Part shown: positions 38,545-50,047 of the stretch, in pieces | Layout of the letters: the number at the start of each line of letters is the position of its first letter | How positions within the stretch are numbered: the stretch's first letter is position 1 | Source of the DNA: Polyangiales bacterium | Lineage (GTDB): Bacteria; Myxococcota_A; Polyangia; Polyangiales; Ga0077539 | Length of the DNA: 64,000 nt | Direction of reading: 5' to 3' | NCBI GenBank assembly: GCA_044229975.1 | Contig: JBGARZ010000001.1 | Span: 608,001-672,000, forward strand | The notes under the pieces: generated by a model | Databases searched by the model: none | What the model saw: the letters and a program-made list of their open reading frames with translations, nothing else | What the model was told of the DNA's origin: nothing | Position numbers and translations under genes: made by a program

Positions 38545-40563
38545 ATGGATGACGCCGGCACGCTCCCTCCCGGCACCGTGCTCGGCGGCGAGTACGAGAT
38601 CGTGCGCGAGCTGGCGCGCGGCGGCATGGGCGCCCTCTTCGTCGCCCGGCACCGCGGCTCGGACAAGCTCCGCGCCGTCAAGACGATGCATCGGAAGTAC
38701 GTCCCCGATGACATGATGCGCGCCCGCTTCGCCCGCGAGGCGAGGGTGAGCGCGCAGATCGAGAGCGACCACGTCGTCGAGGTGTTCGGCGCCGGCGTCG
38801 ACGACGCAACGGGCGTCCCGTGGATGGCCATGGAACTCCTCGACGGCGAAGACCTCTCGCACCTCATCGATCGCCGCGGCGCGATGGGGGCCGACGAGAC
38901 GGCGACGGTCATGGCGCAGCTCGGTCACTGCCTCGGCGCCGCCCATCGGGTGGGCATCGTTCACCGCGACCTGAAGGCCGCCAACGTCTTCCTCGCGGCG
39001 TCCCGTCGGCAGGGCGCGCCCTTCGTCGCGAAGGTGCTCGACTTCGGCATCGCGAAATTCCTCCACGTCGCCACCACGAGCGCGACGACCAGCGCCATCG
39101 GCTCGCCCTTGTGGATGGCGCCCGAGCAGACCAACCCCGAGTCGCCCATCTCGCCCGCGACGGACGTGTGGTCCATGGGGTTGCTGGCGTTCTTCCTGCT
39201 CACGGGGAAGTGCTTCTGGCTCACGCCCACGCACCCCAACGCGAGCATCGCCGCGCTGCTCGGCGAGCTGCTGATGTTGCCCATCCCCTCGGCGTCGTCG
39301 CGGGCCATCGCGCTTGGTGCGACGGGGCGCATCCCGCCGGGCTTCGACGAGTGGTTCGCCCGGTGTCTCTCGCGAGATCCCGCGCAGCGCTTCGCCGACG
39401 CCAACGCCGCCATCCCCCCGCTGCTCGCGGTGCTCCAGGCCGCCGCGCCCGTCGTCGGCGCCGCGGCCCCGGTGCCGGTCGCGCAGGCCGCGCACTCGGC
39501 GAAGGCGATGCTGAGCGCCACGCAGATGCTCCCGCAGACGCCGGCTCCGCCGACCAGCCCCAACCTCCGCGTCAACGCGCCCGCGACGGTGGCGATGCCC
39601 GTCTCCGCGCTGCCGGGTCACACCACCGGATCGCTCGGGATGCCCTCGTCCCCCGCGCCGCGAGCGATGACCGCGCAGCCGATGACGTTCACGCAAGGGG
39701 TGCCGCGCCCCGAGGCGCCGTCGCGCAGTCCGCGGTCGAGCGCCGCCATCGTCGGCGGCGTGGCCGTCGTGACCATCGCCCTCGCCGCGGTGGGCGTCTG
39801 GGCCTTCCAGAAGCGGAGCGACGATCATCGCAGCGCACCAACGGTCGCCGCCCCGACGCTCGCGCGTCCGGCGCCGGTCGGTCCGCTGCTCGCTGCCGCG
39901 CCGAAGCCTGCGCCGCTGCTGCCTGCTGCACCGATCGCGGCACCCACTGCGACACCGATGATGGCGCCCGGCACGGAGACCGAACCGCGCCGCAGCCTCC
40001 GCGCCAACGAACGCCCGCCGATGCCCGGAGCGCCCACCTACGCCGACGTGCCGGTGTTCCAGATACCGACCACCGGCCCGACGCCAGCGCCGATGCCGAC
40101 GCCCGCGCCAGCCCCTGCGCCGATGCCGACCCCTGCGCCTACGCCAGTCGTCGCGCCGACTCCCGCTCCCGCTCCCGCTCCCGCTCCCGCTCCCGCTCCC
40201 GCTCCCGCTCCCGCTCCCGCTCCCGCTCCCGCGCCGACGCCTGAGCCGACGCCTGCTCCCACACCGACGCCTGCTCCCGCGCCGACGCCCGCTCCTGCTC
40301 CCGCGCCGACGCCGACGCCGACGCCGACGCCCGCGCCCCCACCGGCAGAACCTCCCGCCGACGAGCGCGACGAGCACGGGCGCATCGTGACCTCATCGAC
40401 CTCGCTCCACGGCGGGCAGCGCATCCGCATCCGCTGGGGTGGAGGCTGGTACCCAGGGCGGGTCGTTCACCTCAACGACAACGGAACCGTCTACGTGCAC
40501 TACGACGGATGGAGCGACGGCCAGGACGCCAACGTCTCGCGCTCGGAGTTGCGCCTCCCCTGA
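38545..40563 (+). CDS. Ser/Thr protein kinase with TM, Pro/Ala linker and C-terminal Tudor-like domain
   Basis: [27 protein letters not shown]-terminal [17 protein letters not shown]. Confidence 0.95.
   Translation: MDDAGTLPPGTVLGGEYEIVRELARGGMGALFVARHRGSDKLRAVKTMHRKYVPDDMMRARFAREARVSAQIESDHVVEVFGAGVDDATGVPWMAMELLDGEDLSHLIDRRGAMGADETATVMAQLGHCLGAAHRVGIVHRDLKAANVFLAASRRQGAPFVAKVLDFGIAKFLHVATTSATTSAIGSPLWMAPEQTNPESPISPATDVWSMGLLAFFLLTGKCFWLTPTHPNASIAALLGELLMLPIPSASSRAIALGATGRIPPGFDEWFARCLSRDPAQRFADANAAIPPLLAVLQAAAPVVGAAAPVPVAQAAHSAKAMLSATQMLPQTPAPPTSPNLRVNAPATVAMPVSALPGHTTGSLGMPSSPAPRAMTAQPMTFTQGVPRPEAPSRSPRSSAAIVGGVAVVTIALAAVGVWAFQKRSDDHRSAPTVAAPTLARPAPVGPLLAAAPKPAPLLPAAPIAAPTATPMMAPGTETEPRRSLRANERPPMPGAPTYADVPVFQIPTTGPTPAPMPTPAPAPAPMPTPAPTPVVAPTPAPAPAPAPAPAPAPAPAPAPAPAPTPEPTPAPTPTPAPAPTPAPAPAPTPTPTPTPAPPPAEPPADERDEHGRIVTSSTSLHGGQRIRIRWGGGWYPGRVVHLNDNGTVYVHYDGWSDGQDANVSRSELRLP
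40165..40230 (+). repeat. Perfect coding microsatellite (GCTCCC)x11
   Basis: Encodes the (AP)n linker of the kinase. Confidence 0.92.
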
Positions 40564-41207
40564 TGCTCCACCTCGACCTCCTCACACCACCACTCCCGCT
40601 GCTCGTCCCCGCCGAGACCTTCGATGGCTTCGGCTGGGCCGCGAGCACCTCCCTCATGTGGCGCTGCCCCGTCGACGCACCCGCGCTCAACGCCTTCGCC
40701 GATCAGCTCCCCCTCGGCATGGCCTTCGTCCTGCGCGCCCCGTGGGGTCTTATCCCCACCGAGCTCGCGTGGCTGCACGTCGGCCGCGCGCGCGCCGCGA
40801 CGCTCGGCCTCACCGACCACCTCGCCCTCGCGCCCTACGCCATCGACGACGCGACCGATCTCCTCTTCGCGGAGAGGCGCCCTCCCGCGGAGACGTTCTG
40901 GCTCGCGGCCGACAACACCAACGCCCTCTACTGGGCGCTCCACGACTGGTCGCACTTCCACAACCACGGCGAGTTCACCGACCGCCCGTCCACCGAGCTC
41001 CAGTGCGACGCCGCGGCCCTCGTGTGGCTCTGGATCAACCGCCAGCGCGTCGGCCTGCCCGACACGCTCTGGGACGACTACCGACGCGACGCGCTGGCCA
41101 ACCACCTCGTGCTGCGAGAGACGCTGCCCGACACGCGCTGCCCGGCGCCGCGGGTGCTCGCCGATGCGGGCGAGCTGCGACGACTCGCCGAGCGGCTCAT
41201 CGGGTAG
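40563..41207 (+). CDS. Hypothetical protein, possible metal-binding HDxxH motif
   Basis: TGATG coupling to the kinase; LHDWSHFHNHG..E. Confidence 0.7.
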   Translation: MLHLDLLTPPLPLLVPAETFDGFGWAASTSLMWRCPVDAPALNAFADQLPLGMAFVLRAPWGLIPTELAWLHVGRARAATLGLTDHLALAPYAIDDATDLLFAERRPPAETFWLAADNTNALYWALHDWSHFHNHGEFTDRPSTELQCDAAALVWLWINRQRVGLPDTLWDDYRRDALANHLVLRETLPDTRCPAPRVLADAGELRRLAERLIG

Positions 41208-41317
41208 ACGCGCCCCTCCGCTTCGCTCCGGGTGAGCGGTGCGCGGGGAGGGGCTGAGCGATGGATTGAAGAGGAGACGGAGGAGGAAGGGAGGGGGCGG
41301 TCAGCGCGGGCGACGGC

Positions 41318-41944
41318 TCAGGGCGAGCCGAAGACCTGAACGCCGATTTCGCCTTCGCCGCGGGCCATGCGGATCTCGAGCTGCGCCGACTGGTTGCCCA
41401 TGCCCGCCGGGAGGCAGAGCTGGCGGTCGAGGCCGATGACCGGGAAGTTGTCGGGCGCGCGATCCTGATCGATCACGTTGCCGGTGAGGTCGCGGAGGTA
41501 GAGGTCGAGGTCGCCCACGCCCGCGCCGCCGACGCCGATGATGCGGTAGCAGTGGCCGCCGACGACGGCCGCGACGACGGTGCGGCGCTCGCCGTGGCGC
41601 ATCGCGCCGCGCACGAGGTCGGTCACCGCGATGAAGCCGTTGGCGAACTGACGCGCGCGCAGCGTCATGTGGTTGGAGACGAAGTCGGAGACGTTGTAGC
41701 CGGTCGCCGTCCAGGTCTGCGTGACCATGGAGCCCGCGCTGCCGGAGCCCGTCGCCGTGGTCGTGGTCTGCATCATCGCGGGACCGGTCTGAACCGGCGC
41801 GGGCGCCACCGTCGCCTGCACCGGCGCGGCCTGCACCGACACGGTCGGCGTCGGCACCGTCGCCGAAGCCGTGCAGCCGGAGATGATGGACCCGCCGAGC
41901 GCGAGGCCCGCACAGACCGACAGAGAGAGCATCGAAGTCTTCAT
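41318..41944 (-). CDS. Lipoprotein with PPC-like beta-sandwich domain
   Basis: ISGC lipobox; DLDLYL..G..DQD..P. Confidence 0.7.
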   Translation of the reverse strand: MKTSMLSLSVCAGLALGGSIISGCTASATVPTPTVSVQAAPVQATVAPAPVQTGPAMMQTTTTATGSGSAGSMVTQTWTATGYNVSDFVSNHMTLRARQFANGFIAVTDLVRGAMRHGERRTVVAAVVGGHCYRIIGVGGAGVGDLDLYLRDLTGNVIDQDRAPDNFPVIGLDRQLCLPAGMGNQSAQLEIRMARGEGEIGVQVFGSP

Positions 41945-42098
41945 CGTCACATTTACCTCGTGTTTGGCGCCGGAGGCACTTCCCTGTCCCACCGTTGCGG
42001 CGCGCGATCCTCACACCTCATACGCTCGTCTGTCAAAGCCCTTTGCGACCCTCCGAGGGCCTTCCTTCGATGTGCGTCCAGGTGTTACCTCTTCATGT

Positions 42099-42395
42099 AT
42101 GCCAGTCAGCAAGCGTGACCTCGTCGACGATCTCCGTGGCGCCCACCCGGAGCTCACCCGCAAGCAGGCGACCGCGTTCGTCAACGACCTGCTCTCCACC
42201 GTCACCGCTGCGCTGAAGCGCGGCGACAGCGTGCGCCTCCTCGGCTTCGGGAGCTTCGACGTGCGACCCCGCGCCGCGCGCACCGCGTCCAACCCTGTCA
42301 CCCGGCAACCCGTCGCCGTGCCCGCCAGCAAGGCAGTTCGCTTCCGCGCGTCGACGGCCCTCAAGAAGGCCGTCAACAAGAAGTCGAAGGGCTGA
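42099..42395 (+). CDS. HU family DNA-binding protein
   Basis: LKRGDSVRLLGFGSF..R..NPVT..VPASKAVRF. Confidence 0.93.
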   Translation: MPVSKRDLVDDLRGAHPELTRKQATAFVNDLLSTVTAALKRGDSVRLLGFGSFDVRPRAARTASNPVTRQPVAVPASKAVRFRASTALKKAVNKKSKG

Positions 42396-42404
42396 GAGCT
42401 CCTC

Positions 42405-43232
42405 TCACTGCATCATCGGGCGCACGCTCACGCGGCGCTTGCGGATGTCATCGAGCGCCTCGGTCACCTTCGCAGTGTCCTTCGCGTCGGGCCGCGCGTT
42501 GAGGTAGGCGCGCAGGTCCGACGACGCCGCCTCCAGCGCGCCCAGCGCCAGCGCGTGCATCCCGCGATCGCGCCTCGGCTCCGGCGCGCCCGTGAGGTCG
42601 ACGAGACGATCGCACACCACCAGCGCCTTCGCGTGGTCGCCGCGGCGCTCGTGGGTGTTCTTGAGGTTCACCAGCATGCGAACCGCGACGGCGCGCGCAC
42701 CCACCACGGCGGTGTGCTCGTCCTGCAACGCGACGGTCTCGCCGGTCACGCGCTGGAGCAGCTTCGTGAGGTCGTCCATGTGGAGCACCCGCGCCCGGAA
42801 GAACGGGTCGACGTACACCCCCGACGGACCACCGAGGCGCACGAGGAAGTGCCCCGGAAAGCCAACGCCCTCGACGTCCATCCCCGCGCGCCGACCCAGC
42901 GCCGCGAGCAGCACCGCGAGCGTGATGGGGATGCCCCTCCGCCGCGCGATCACCATGGGCAGGTAGCTGTTGCGCGGGTCGTCGTAGGTCTCCTCATCGC
43001 CCGCGAACCCAAGCTCGTCGTAGACGTAGGTCCCGAGCAGCGCGGCCTGGTCGATGGGCCGGTGCAGCAGCGCCCCGCGGCTCTTGAGCGGCGCCGCGAG
43101 CTCATCGAGCGCGAGGGCCTCCCGCTCGGGATCGATGTCGGGCAGCGCGTCGCACGCGATGGCCAGCGCCACGTCCTCCAACGGCGGCTCCGGGTCGATG
43201 GCAAACAGCTCGATCACGTCTCTCGCTCGCAT
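42405..43232 (-). CDS. SirB1/transglutaminase-like TPR protein
   Basis: GF.GDEETYDDPRNSYL, RRGIPITL, GVGFPGHFLV, DPF, RMLVNLK. Confidence 0.9.
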   Translation of the reverse strand: MRARDVIELFAIDPEPPLEDVALAIACDALPDIDPEREALALDELAAPLKSRGALLHRPIDQAALLGTYVYDELGFAGDEETYDDPRNSYLPMVIARRRGIPITLAVLLAALGRRAGMDVEGVGFPGHFLVRLGGPSGVYVDPFFRARVLHMDDLTKLLQRVTGETVALQDEHTAVVGARAVAVRMLVNLKNTHERRGDHAKALVVCDRLVDLTGAPEPRRDRGMHALALGALEAASSDLRAYLNARPDAKDTAKVTEALDDIRKRRVSVRPMMQ

Positions 43233-43300
43233 GGCGCGCCGAGCATGTGCCCCACGCCTGTCACTTACCAGTGGTGTGTCTTTGGGTACGCTCGCCGACC

Positions 43301-44566
43301 ATGCGCCTCGCCCTCGCCGCCTCCCTCGCGCTCGCCGCCTGCAGCACCACCCCGACGCCCGCGACCGACGCCGCGACCGACGCTCCCACCGTCGCCGACG
43401 CGTCCCCCGAAGACGTCGCGCCCGCACCGCCCTTGTCCGAGCCGGGGCGCCACATCGTCACCGTCACCGAGACCCGCGCGGTGGTCCCCGGCCCGGGGCT
43501 GCCGATGGAGACGCCGCCCGGCAACTCCAACAACAACCTCGACGTCGTGCGCCACGATGGCCGCGTCTACCTCGCCTGGCGCGCTGCCCCCGACCACTTC
43601 GCCTCCGCCTCCACGCGCATCTTCGTCGTGAGCTCCAACGACGAACTCACCTGGCGCTATGAGGCCACCTTCTCGCTCGACACCGACCTGCGCGAGCCGC
43701 GCTTCCTGTCCTTCAACGGGCGCCTCTTCCTCTACGTCGCCCGCCTCGGAACCAACGCCCTCTCCTTCGACCCGCAGGGCATGTCCGTCACCGAGCGCCG
43801 CGCCGACGGAACCTGGTCCACCCTCGACCCCTTCTATCAACCAGGCTTCATTCCCTGGCGCGCCCGCGTCGTGCGCGGAACCCCGTACCTCCTCGCGTAC
43901 GTCGGCGGCGAGCACATCTACCGCTTCGACAACCTGCCCCTCGACGTTCACTTCCTGACCACCACTGACGGCCGCCACTTCACGGGCGTCGACCCCGCGA
44001 TGCCCACCGTCTATCGCGGCGGCGGCAGCGAGACCGACTTCGCCTTGAGCGACGCGGGCGACCTCTTCGCCGTCATCCGCAACGAGGCCGGTGACGAGAC
44101 GGGTTGGGGCTCCAAGGTCTGCCACGCCCCCGCGGGCAACCTCGCGCGGTGGAGCTGCGTGAGCGACCCGCGCAAGTACGACTCACCGGTGATGTTCTGG
44201 CACGACGGCGAGGCCTACCTCATCGGCCGCCGCAACGTCACCGCGACGGGCAACTACGACCTCGGCCAGCGCACCTTCGACCGCACCCGCCAGACGGTGA
44301 ACTACCAGGTCGACTACTCGCGCCAGCCCAAGCGCTGCTCGCTGTGGCGCTACGTCCAGGCCGAGCACCGCATCGCCTTCGTGATGGACCTCCCCTCCCG
44401 CGGCGACACCTGCTTCCCCGCCGTGATGGAGGGCGCGCGACCCGACGAGCGCATCGTCTACAACTACTCCTCGCCGGTCGATGGCCCCGACCTCCCCTGG
44501 TACCTCGGCCAGCGCGGGCTCACGCTCGTCTACCGCCACGTCCTGCGATTCGACCCGCGACGATAG
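43301..44566 (+). CDS. Lipoprotein, probable beta-propeller
   Basis: LAAC lipobox; DLREPRF, SETD, GDTCFP patterns. Confidence 0.75.
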   Translation: MRLALAASLALAACSTTPTPATDAATDAPTVADASPEDVAPAPPLSEPGRHIVTVTETRAVVPGPGLPMETPPGNSNNNLDVVRHDGRVYLAWRAAPDHFASASTRIFVVSSNDELTWRYEATFSLDTDLREPRFLSFNGRLFLYVARLGTNALSFDPQGMSVTERRADGTWSTLDPFYQPGFIPWRARVVRGTPYLLAYVGGEHIYRFDNLPLDVHFLTTTDGRHFTGVDPAMPTVYRGGGSETDFALSDAGDLFAVIRNEAGDETGWGSKVCHAPAGNLARWSCVSDPRKYDSPVMFWHDGEAYLIGRRNVTATGNYDLGQRTFDRTRQTVNYQVDYSRQPKRCSLWRYVQAEHRIAFVMDLPSRGDTCFPAVMEGARPDERIVYNYSSPVDGPDLPWYLGQRGLTLVYRHVLRFDPRR

Positions 44567-44596
44567 CCACCGCTCTCCCCTAGACTCAGCCTCGCC

Positions 44597-46060
44597 GTGA
44601 ACCCCACCGACGACGCCTCCACCTCGCTGCTCACCGACCTCTACCAGCTCACCATGGCCTGCGGGTACTGGCGCGCGGGCATCGCCGAGCGCGAGGCCGT
44701 CTTCCACCTCCACTTCCGCAAGAACCCCTTCCAGGGCGGCTACGCCATCGCCTGCGGCCTCCACGCGGCCATCGACTGGCTCGACCGGCTGCGCTTCACC
44801 GAGAGCGACATCGCCTTCCTCGCGACCCTCAAGGGCAACGACGACAAGACGCTCTTCCCGGTGGAGTTTCTGGAGTGGCTCGGCCGCATGCCCCTCGCGC
44901 TCGACATATGCGCCATGCCCGAGGGCACGGCCGTCTTCGCGCACGAGCCGCTCATGCGCGTGCGCGGTCCGCTGCTCCAGTGCCAGCTCGTGGAGACGGC
45001 GCTGCTCAACATCCTCAACTTCCAGACGCTCATCGCCACCAAGGCGTCGCGGGTCTGCGCCGCCGCTCAGGGCGATCAGGTGCTGGAGTTCGGCCTGCGT
45101 CGCGCGCAGGGCGTCGATGGATCGCTCGCGGCCAGCTACGCGGCCTACGTCGGCGGCTGCCATGCGACGTCCAACGTGCTGGCGGGCAAGCGCTTCGGCG
45201 TTCCTGTGCGCGGCACCCACGCGCACGCCTGGGTGATGGCCTTCGGCGACGAGCGCGAGTCCTTCCGCGAGTACGCCCGAACGCTCCCCAACAACTGCGT
45301 CTTCCTCGTCGACACCTTCGACACGCTCCAGGGCGTTCGGCATGCGTGCGAGGTCGGCGCGTGGTTGAAGGAGCAGGGACACAAGCTCGGCGGCATCCGA
45401 CTCGACTCGGGCGACCTCGCGTATCTGTCCGTCGAGGCGCGCAAGATCCTCGATGAGCACGGCTTCACCGGCGCCGCCATCGTCGCGAGCAACGACCTCG
45501 ACGAGCGGCTCATCCAGAGCTTGAAGCAGCAGGGCGCGGCCATCACCGTGTGGGGCGTCGGCACCAAGCTGGTCACCGCCTACGATCAGCCCGCGCTCGG
45601 CGGCGTGTACAAGCTCAGCGCCATCCGCGACGAGCGGGGCGCGTGGCAGCACCGCATCAAGCTGAGCGAGCAGGCCGCCAAGGTCTCGACGCCGGGCATC
45701 CATCAGGTGCGGCGCTTCTCCGCGGACGGTCTCTTCACCGGCGACATGATCGTCGACGAGAGCGCGGCGACGGCCCCGACGCGCACCATGATCGACCCGC
45801 TCGACCCGACGCGGCGACGCACCTTCGCGACGGAGCTCGCGCACGAAGACCTGCTGGTTCCCATCTACCAGGGCGGGAAGCGCGTGTACGAGATGCCGAC
45901 CATCCACGAGGCGCGCGCGCGGGCGACGACCCAGGTGGCGTCGCTGCATCCGACCATCCGCCGCTTCGATCATCCGCACGGCTACCCCGTCGGGCTGGAG
46001 CAGGGTCTCCACGCGCTGCGCACGCGGCTCGTGCTCGAAGCGCGCGGGCACGCGGACTGA
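44597..46060 (+). CDS. pncB: Nicotinate phosphoribosyltransferase
   Basis: [46 protein letters not shown]. Confidence 0.96.
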   Translation: MNPTDDASTSLLTDLYQLTMACGYWRAGIAEREAVFHLHFRKNPFQGGYAIACGLHAAIDWLDRLRFTESDIAFLATLKGNDDKTLFPVEFLEWLGRMPLALDICAMPEGTAVFAHEPLMRVRGPLLQCQLVETALLNILNFQTLIATKASRVCAAAQGDQVLEFGLRRAQGVDGSLAASYAAYVGGCHATSNVLAGKRFGVPVRGTHAHAWVMAFGDERESFREYARTLPNNCVFLVDTFDTLQGVRHACEVGAWLKEQGHKLGGIRLDSGDLAYLSVEARKILDEHGFTGAAIVASNDLDERLIQSLKQQGAAITVWGVGTKLVTAYDQPALGGVYKLSAIRDERGAWQHRIKLSEQAAKVSTPGIHQVRRFSADGLFTGDMIVDESAATAPTRTMIDPLDPTRRRTFATELAHEDLLVPIYQGGKRVYEMPTIHEARARATTQVASLHPTIRRFDHPHGYPVGLEQGLHALRTRLVLEARGHAD

Positions 46061-46270
46061 GGCTGCACACGACGTCGATTACTTGGCGTCGGCGTCGGCG
46101 TCAGAGGGTGACTCCGCGACCGAGCACGAAGCCGTCGCGAAGCGGGTGCGCAGCGGGGACGAGGCGCGTCTGACTGCGGGTACAACCTGTGAGATGTTCG
46201 CAGGGTCACGGGTCCGTTCGACGACTGCGCGGGATGTGCTGGTCGTCTGCTTCGCCCAACGGAGGACACC

Positions 46271-47227
46271 ATGGGACGGTTCGACGAGAGTTCGGTGCTG
46301 GTCACGCGCGGACCTGCCCCGGCCTGGATCGCGGCGTCAGCGGCGACTGCCGTCACGGTGCTCGTGACGCGGGTGGCCGCCTTCAACGGCGGGGTTGCGC
46401 CCGAGTATCAACGGCACGAGTTCTTCCTGACGGGCGCCCTCTTCGCGGTCACCGCGCTCGGCCACACGGCGCTGCTCGCGCTCGTCGCGCGGTTCCGCTC
46501 GACGGTCGTGGGGGTCGCCGCGCTGGTGTTGGGCGCGATCGCCCTGCCGCGGGTTTCCGACGCGCTCCGGCCCTACACCGGGCGGGCGATGGCGGCCGCG
46601 CTGCCTCGCTACTGCGCCGATCTGCCCGAGCTCTGTCCGCCGCCCGCGTGGGACGTCGCGCAGAGCGTCGTCGCGGCCCTCTGTCTCGCGCCCTTCCTCG
46701 TCGCGCTGATGGAGGTGCGCGCCCGCGACGCGCTCGACGGCCGCGCCCGGGTCGCGTGGGCCTCCGGGCTGATGATGATCGTCGCGGCGGGCGTGATCCC
46801 GTGCTTCGGCAGGGCCTCCCCGGTGGCAGCGCCGGTGACGTACGTCGCGGGCGTCGCGCTCATGGCGCTCGCGACGGCCGAGAACGCGAGGCGCCTCGCG
46901 TGGGTCGCCGCGCGGTTGGGCGACGGCGGCGCGTGGATCGTCGAGCGCACGCCGGGCGCCCACGACGGCCTGCGCCCGCTCTGCGCACCCGAGACGCTCG
47001 ACCTGCAAGACGGCGTGCTGGTGGTGCGTGAGAGGGCGCCCAATGCGATGTACCGCGCGGCGCTCCACGGCACGCCCATCGCGACGCTGAGCGTCGACGG
47101 CGGGTCGACGCTGGACGCGATGCGAGGTCGGTTGAGGAAGCAGCGGCGGGCGCTCGCCGTGGCTGCGGTGGGAGCAACGGCGGTCGGGGTCGCGACGCTG
47201 GTGGTGCGGGTCATCCAGGGCTCATAG
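46271..47227 (+). CDS. Membrane hypothetical protein
   Basis: GGAGG RBS; several TM helices. Confidence 0.65.
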   Translation: MGRFDESSVLVTRGPAPAWIAASAATAVTVLVTRVAAFNGGVAPEYQRHEFFLTGALFAVTALGHTALLALVARFRSTVVGVAALVLGAIALPRVSDALRPYTGRAMAAALPRYCADLPELCPPPAWDVAQSVVAALCLAPFLVALMEVRARDALDGRARVAWASGLMMIVAAGVIPCFGRASPVAAPVTYVAGVALMALATAENARRLAWVAARLGDGGAWIVERTPGAHDGLRPLCAPETLDLQDGVLVVRERAPNAMYRAALHGTPIATLSVDGGSTLDAMRGRLRKQRRALAVAAVGATAVGVATLVVRVIQGS

Positions 47228-47540
47228 GAGACTCGGCGGGGCACCACCGTCGGCGTGGATCGGCTCTGGTTGCAGACTGCGCTCGGCCCCTATCGCCTCG
47301 CACGGCGCCACAACGCCGCCAGCGCCAGCGTCCACCACCATCCCGTCTCGCGCGCGGCGCCCACCGCGCGGCAGCCGCAGCCCGACACCACCACCGCGCC
47401 CGTCGGCGACGACCGCGAGATCGCGGCAGCGCTCGTTCGGGCAGCGAGCGTACCCTGGGCGAGCGCGCGATCGCGACGAGGTTGATGCAGGACGTCCGGC
47501 TGGGCTTCGACCTGCGCGCCCCGGCCACCTCGGGAGGACC

Positions 47541-48029
47541 ATGAGCACCAACAACAACGCGACGGTCATGTGGAGGGATCTGGAGGCGGCCTACGATCGG
47601 ATGATCGCGAGGGAGGCCCAGTTCTTCCGCTCCTGGAAGGCGGGCGACCTACCAGTCGCCGACGTCGTCGAGGCGGTGCGTCGCTCGCTCGATGCGGGCT
47701 CGTGGGCCGCGTTTCGCTACGCGGACCAACTGGGGCCCGAGGTCGTTCGTGGACTGCTGCCGACCCTCCTCCGGTTCGCCACGGGCGGCGGGATCGTCGG
47801 GCGGTCACACGAGATCATCCTGACGCTCCCGCGGGAGGTCCTCCTGCGCGACGCGGTGCCGACGATCCGCTCGCTGCTGTTCGACGGCGACGACCAGACC
47901 TACTCGTGCCTCATGTCCTTGTGCGAGAGCATCGACCCGGCGCTCGCCACGGAGCTCGCGGCAGAGGCGAGGTCGCACCCCGACCCGGCGGTCCGCGCGG
48001 TCGCGGAGGAGTACGCCGCAGAGGAGTGA
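47541..48029 (+). CDS. Putative polymorphic-toxin immunity-like helical protein
   Basis: GGAGG RBS; HEAT-like C-terminus (A.SHPDPAVRAVAEEY); ATGA overlap with an upstream fragment. Confidence 0.55.
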   Translation: MSTNNNATVMWRDLEAAYDRMIAREAQFFRSWKAGDLPVADVVEAVRRSLDAGSWAAFRYADQLGPEVVRGLLPTLLRFATGGGIVGRSHEIILTLPREVLLRDAVPTIRSLLFDGDDQTYSCLMSLCESIDPALATELAAEARSHPDPAVRAVAEEYAAEE

Positions 48030-48118
48030 CGGAGCTGGTAGCGTGCGTCGTGATCGAGCTCGCGCAGGAAGGTCTGGTGAGCGATTCCCGCGGGCGCTCG
48101 CCTGCCGCAGGGAGCGCG

Positions 48119-48578
48119 ATGAGGCGCCTCGCCGGCTACGCCCTGATCGTGGCGACGTGGTGCGCGTCGCGCACGACGGCGTTCGCGCAGTCGGGCGCGG
48201 TGGAGTGCGACTGCGACGCCGAGGTGTGCGTCGCGTACGGGGACGAGCTCCGCGTCGAAGGGACCGTGTCGCGACGGCGCTACACGCTCCACCATCCGAC
48301 GATCGGGCGGATGCCGCAGGAGGTGTACGTGCTGCGCGTCGCTCGCCCGGTCTGCGGCTTTCGCAACGTCGACGGCGGGAGGGTCGACGACAGACCCCAC
48401 GTCCGCGAGATGGTCATCAGCGCGCGGACGGACGACGACCCGCTGCGTCGGCTCGTCGGGCGGCGTGGGCGGTGGCAGGTGCGCGTGTCGACGCGAGACG
48501 GCGTATCCGCTGACCGCGCTCCTCGCGGAGTTCATTAGGTACGAGGCGGTGCGGCGCGGCGGTGCGGTCTTGCGGTAG
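48119..48578 (+). pseudogene. Secreted protein (DUF4431-like), probable frameshift near 48490
   Basis: Signal peptide; GC3-rich codons switch frame near 48490 and continue to TAG 48576. Confidence 0.45.
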
Positions 48579-48679
48579 GGGAGCGGCGGAGGAGAGCGGT
48601 CAGGGGGACGGTTCGGGGGCTGGGTGCGGCTGGCTGACGCGGCCAGGCGCGACGGCCAAGCGTCGCCGAGCGGTAGCTG

Positions 48680-50047
48680 CTATCGCCAGCGCATCCGAAG
48701 CGCGACACCGTCGTCGCGCATGTTCGGCATCGGGTTCCCCGTGCGCAGGACTGCGCAGAGCGTATCCGTCGGGTCGGGCAGGTCGGCGTAACGGCAACCG
48801 TCCGCGGGCAGCGAGACGCCTCCGCGTGGCTCGACGCGGTCCCCCCGCGAGACGCGGTACCGCCACATCGCTCGCAGCGCCAGCGCCACGTCCATGCCGG
48901 TGGCGAGTGCGCGACTGTAGCCACCCGTGAGCCACTCGCCGTCGACGCGGAACAACGCCGCGCGTCCCGCTTCGAGACCGAACGACAGCGCCTCACGGAA
49001 GGCGGAGGGGATCGCGGGCACGCGTCGTTCGCGGGCGTGACGCCCCGACAGCCATGTCACGCACCGGCCCATGTATCCCCATGGGTGCAAGCGTTCCATG
49101 AGCTCCCGGGCGAGGCGGTCGGCTTCCATCAACGACGGCAGACACCCGGCCACCAGCCACGCGTCGCGCACCGTGCACGGGGTCGTTCCGCGGACCCAGC
49201 CGTCCCGCCCGCACTCCGGGCACGACTCCGCGCGATCGACGGGCGACGCCCATCGGTGGGGCCGATCACGACGCAGCGGACACACCACGCCGATCGCGCG
49301 GGCGTCGCCGTCGAACAGGTCCAGCGGCACGTCACCCTGGCGCGCGAGCTGCTGCCAGTACGCGCCCGCGTCGCCCCGCCACTCCGGGTGCTCGACGCGG
49401 CGGGAGATGGGCGTACGGAGTCGGCGGGACCGCGGTCGATCGGCCGCCGTCTCCTCGATGAGCGCGACGAGGCGGTGGCCCTCGCGGAGCGCCCCGTCGA
49501 GCCACGACTCGAACCACGCGAAGAAGCCTTGCTCGCCATGGGTCCCGCCGAGTGGCTCGCTGTGCTCCTCCCAGAAGGTCCAGATGTGACCGCGCGTGGG
49601 GCCGTCGAGGACGATCCCGTCGAAGCCGGCGCAGCCGTGGTGGGCGAGCAGGAGCACTCCGGCATCGAGGGTGCCGACGAAGGGCGCTGCGAGGCGGGAG
49701 GGTGGCCGAAGCGGCACGTCCAGGGCTGTGTTCGGGGCGAGGCGGTGGCTGTCCTTCGGGGAGGTCACCTCCCCGACCCGGCCGAGCTGGAAGAGGCCGT
49801 AGCCGGGGCCTGCGATGCCGTCCGCCACTTCGGTGACGAAGCGTCGGTACTCCGCCGGGAGCTCGACGCCGACCGCACGCTCGAAGGCCGCCACGTCGCC
49901 CTCGGGGAGCGGCGGTCGGAACCGGAACCGGTGCCCCTCCCACCCGTGGTCGAAGCTCGGGGAGAGGGTCGCCGCGCCCGCCCGCGCGACCAGGCGGAGC
50001 AACTCGTCACGCTTGTCGCGAATCCGCCCAATCGCTCCGTCGGTCAT
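48680..50047 (-). CDS. SMI1/KNR4 (SUKH) family protein with long C-terminal extension
   Basis: PPLPEGDVAAFERAVGVELPAEYRRFV..G.GPGYGL, HGCA..G.IW. Confidence 0.8.
   Translation of the reverse strand: MTDGAIGRIRDKRDELLRLVARAGAATLSPSFDHGWEGHRFRFRPPLPEGDVAAFERAVGVELPAEYRRFVTEVADGIAGPGYGLFQLGRVGEVTSPKDSHRLAPNTALDVPLRPPSRLAAPFVGTLDAGVLLLAHHGCAGFDGIVLDGPTRGHIWTFWEEHSEPLGGTHGEQGFFAWFESWLDGALREGHRLVALIEETAADRPRSRRLRTPISRRVEHPEWRGDAGAYWQQLARQGDVPLDLFDGDARAIGVVCPLRRDRPHRWASPVDRAESCPECGRDGWVRGTTPCTVRDAWLVAGCLPSLMEADRLARELMERLHPWGYMGRCVTWLSGRHARERRVPAIPSAFREALSFGLEAGRAALFRVDGEWLTGGYSRALATGMDVALALRAMWRYRVSRGDRVEPRGGVSLPADGCRYADLPDPTDTLCAVLRTGNPMPNMRDDGVALRMRWR

Noticed and set aside
41212..41240. REP-like CCCTCCGCTTCGCTCCGGGTGAGCGG between convergent genes
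   Set aside because: Single copy in the window; cannot be supported as a repeat
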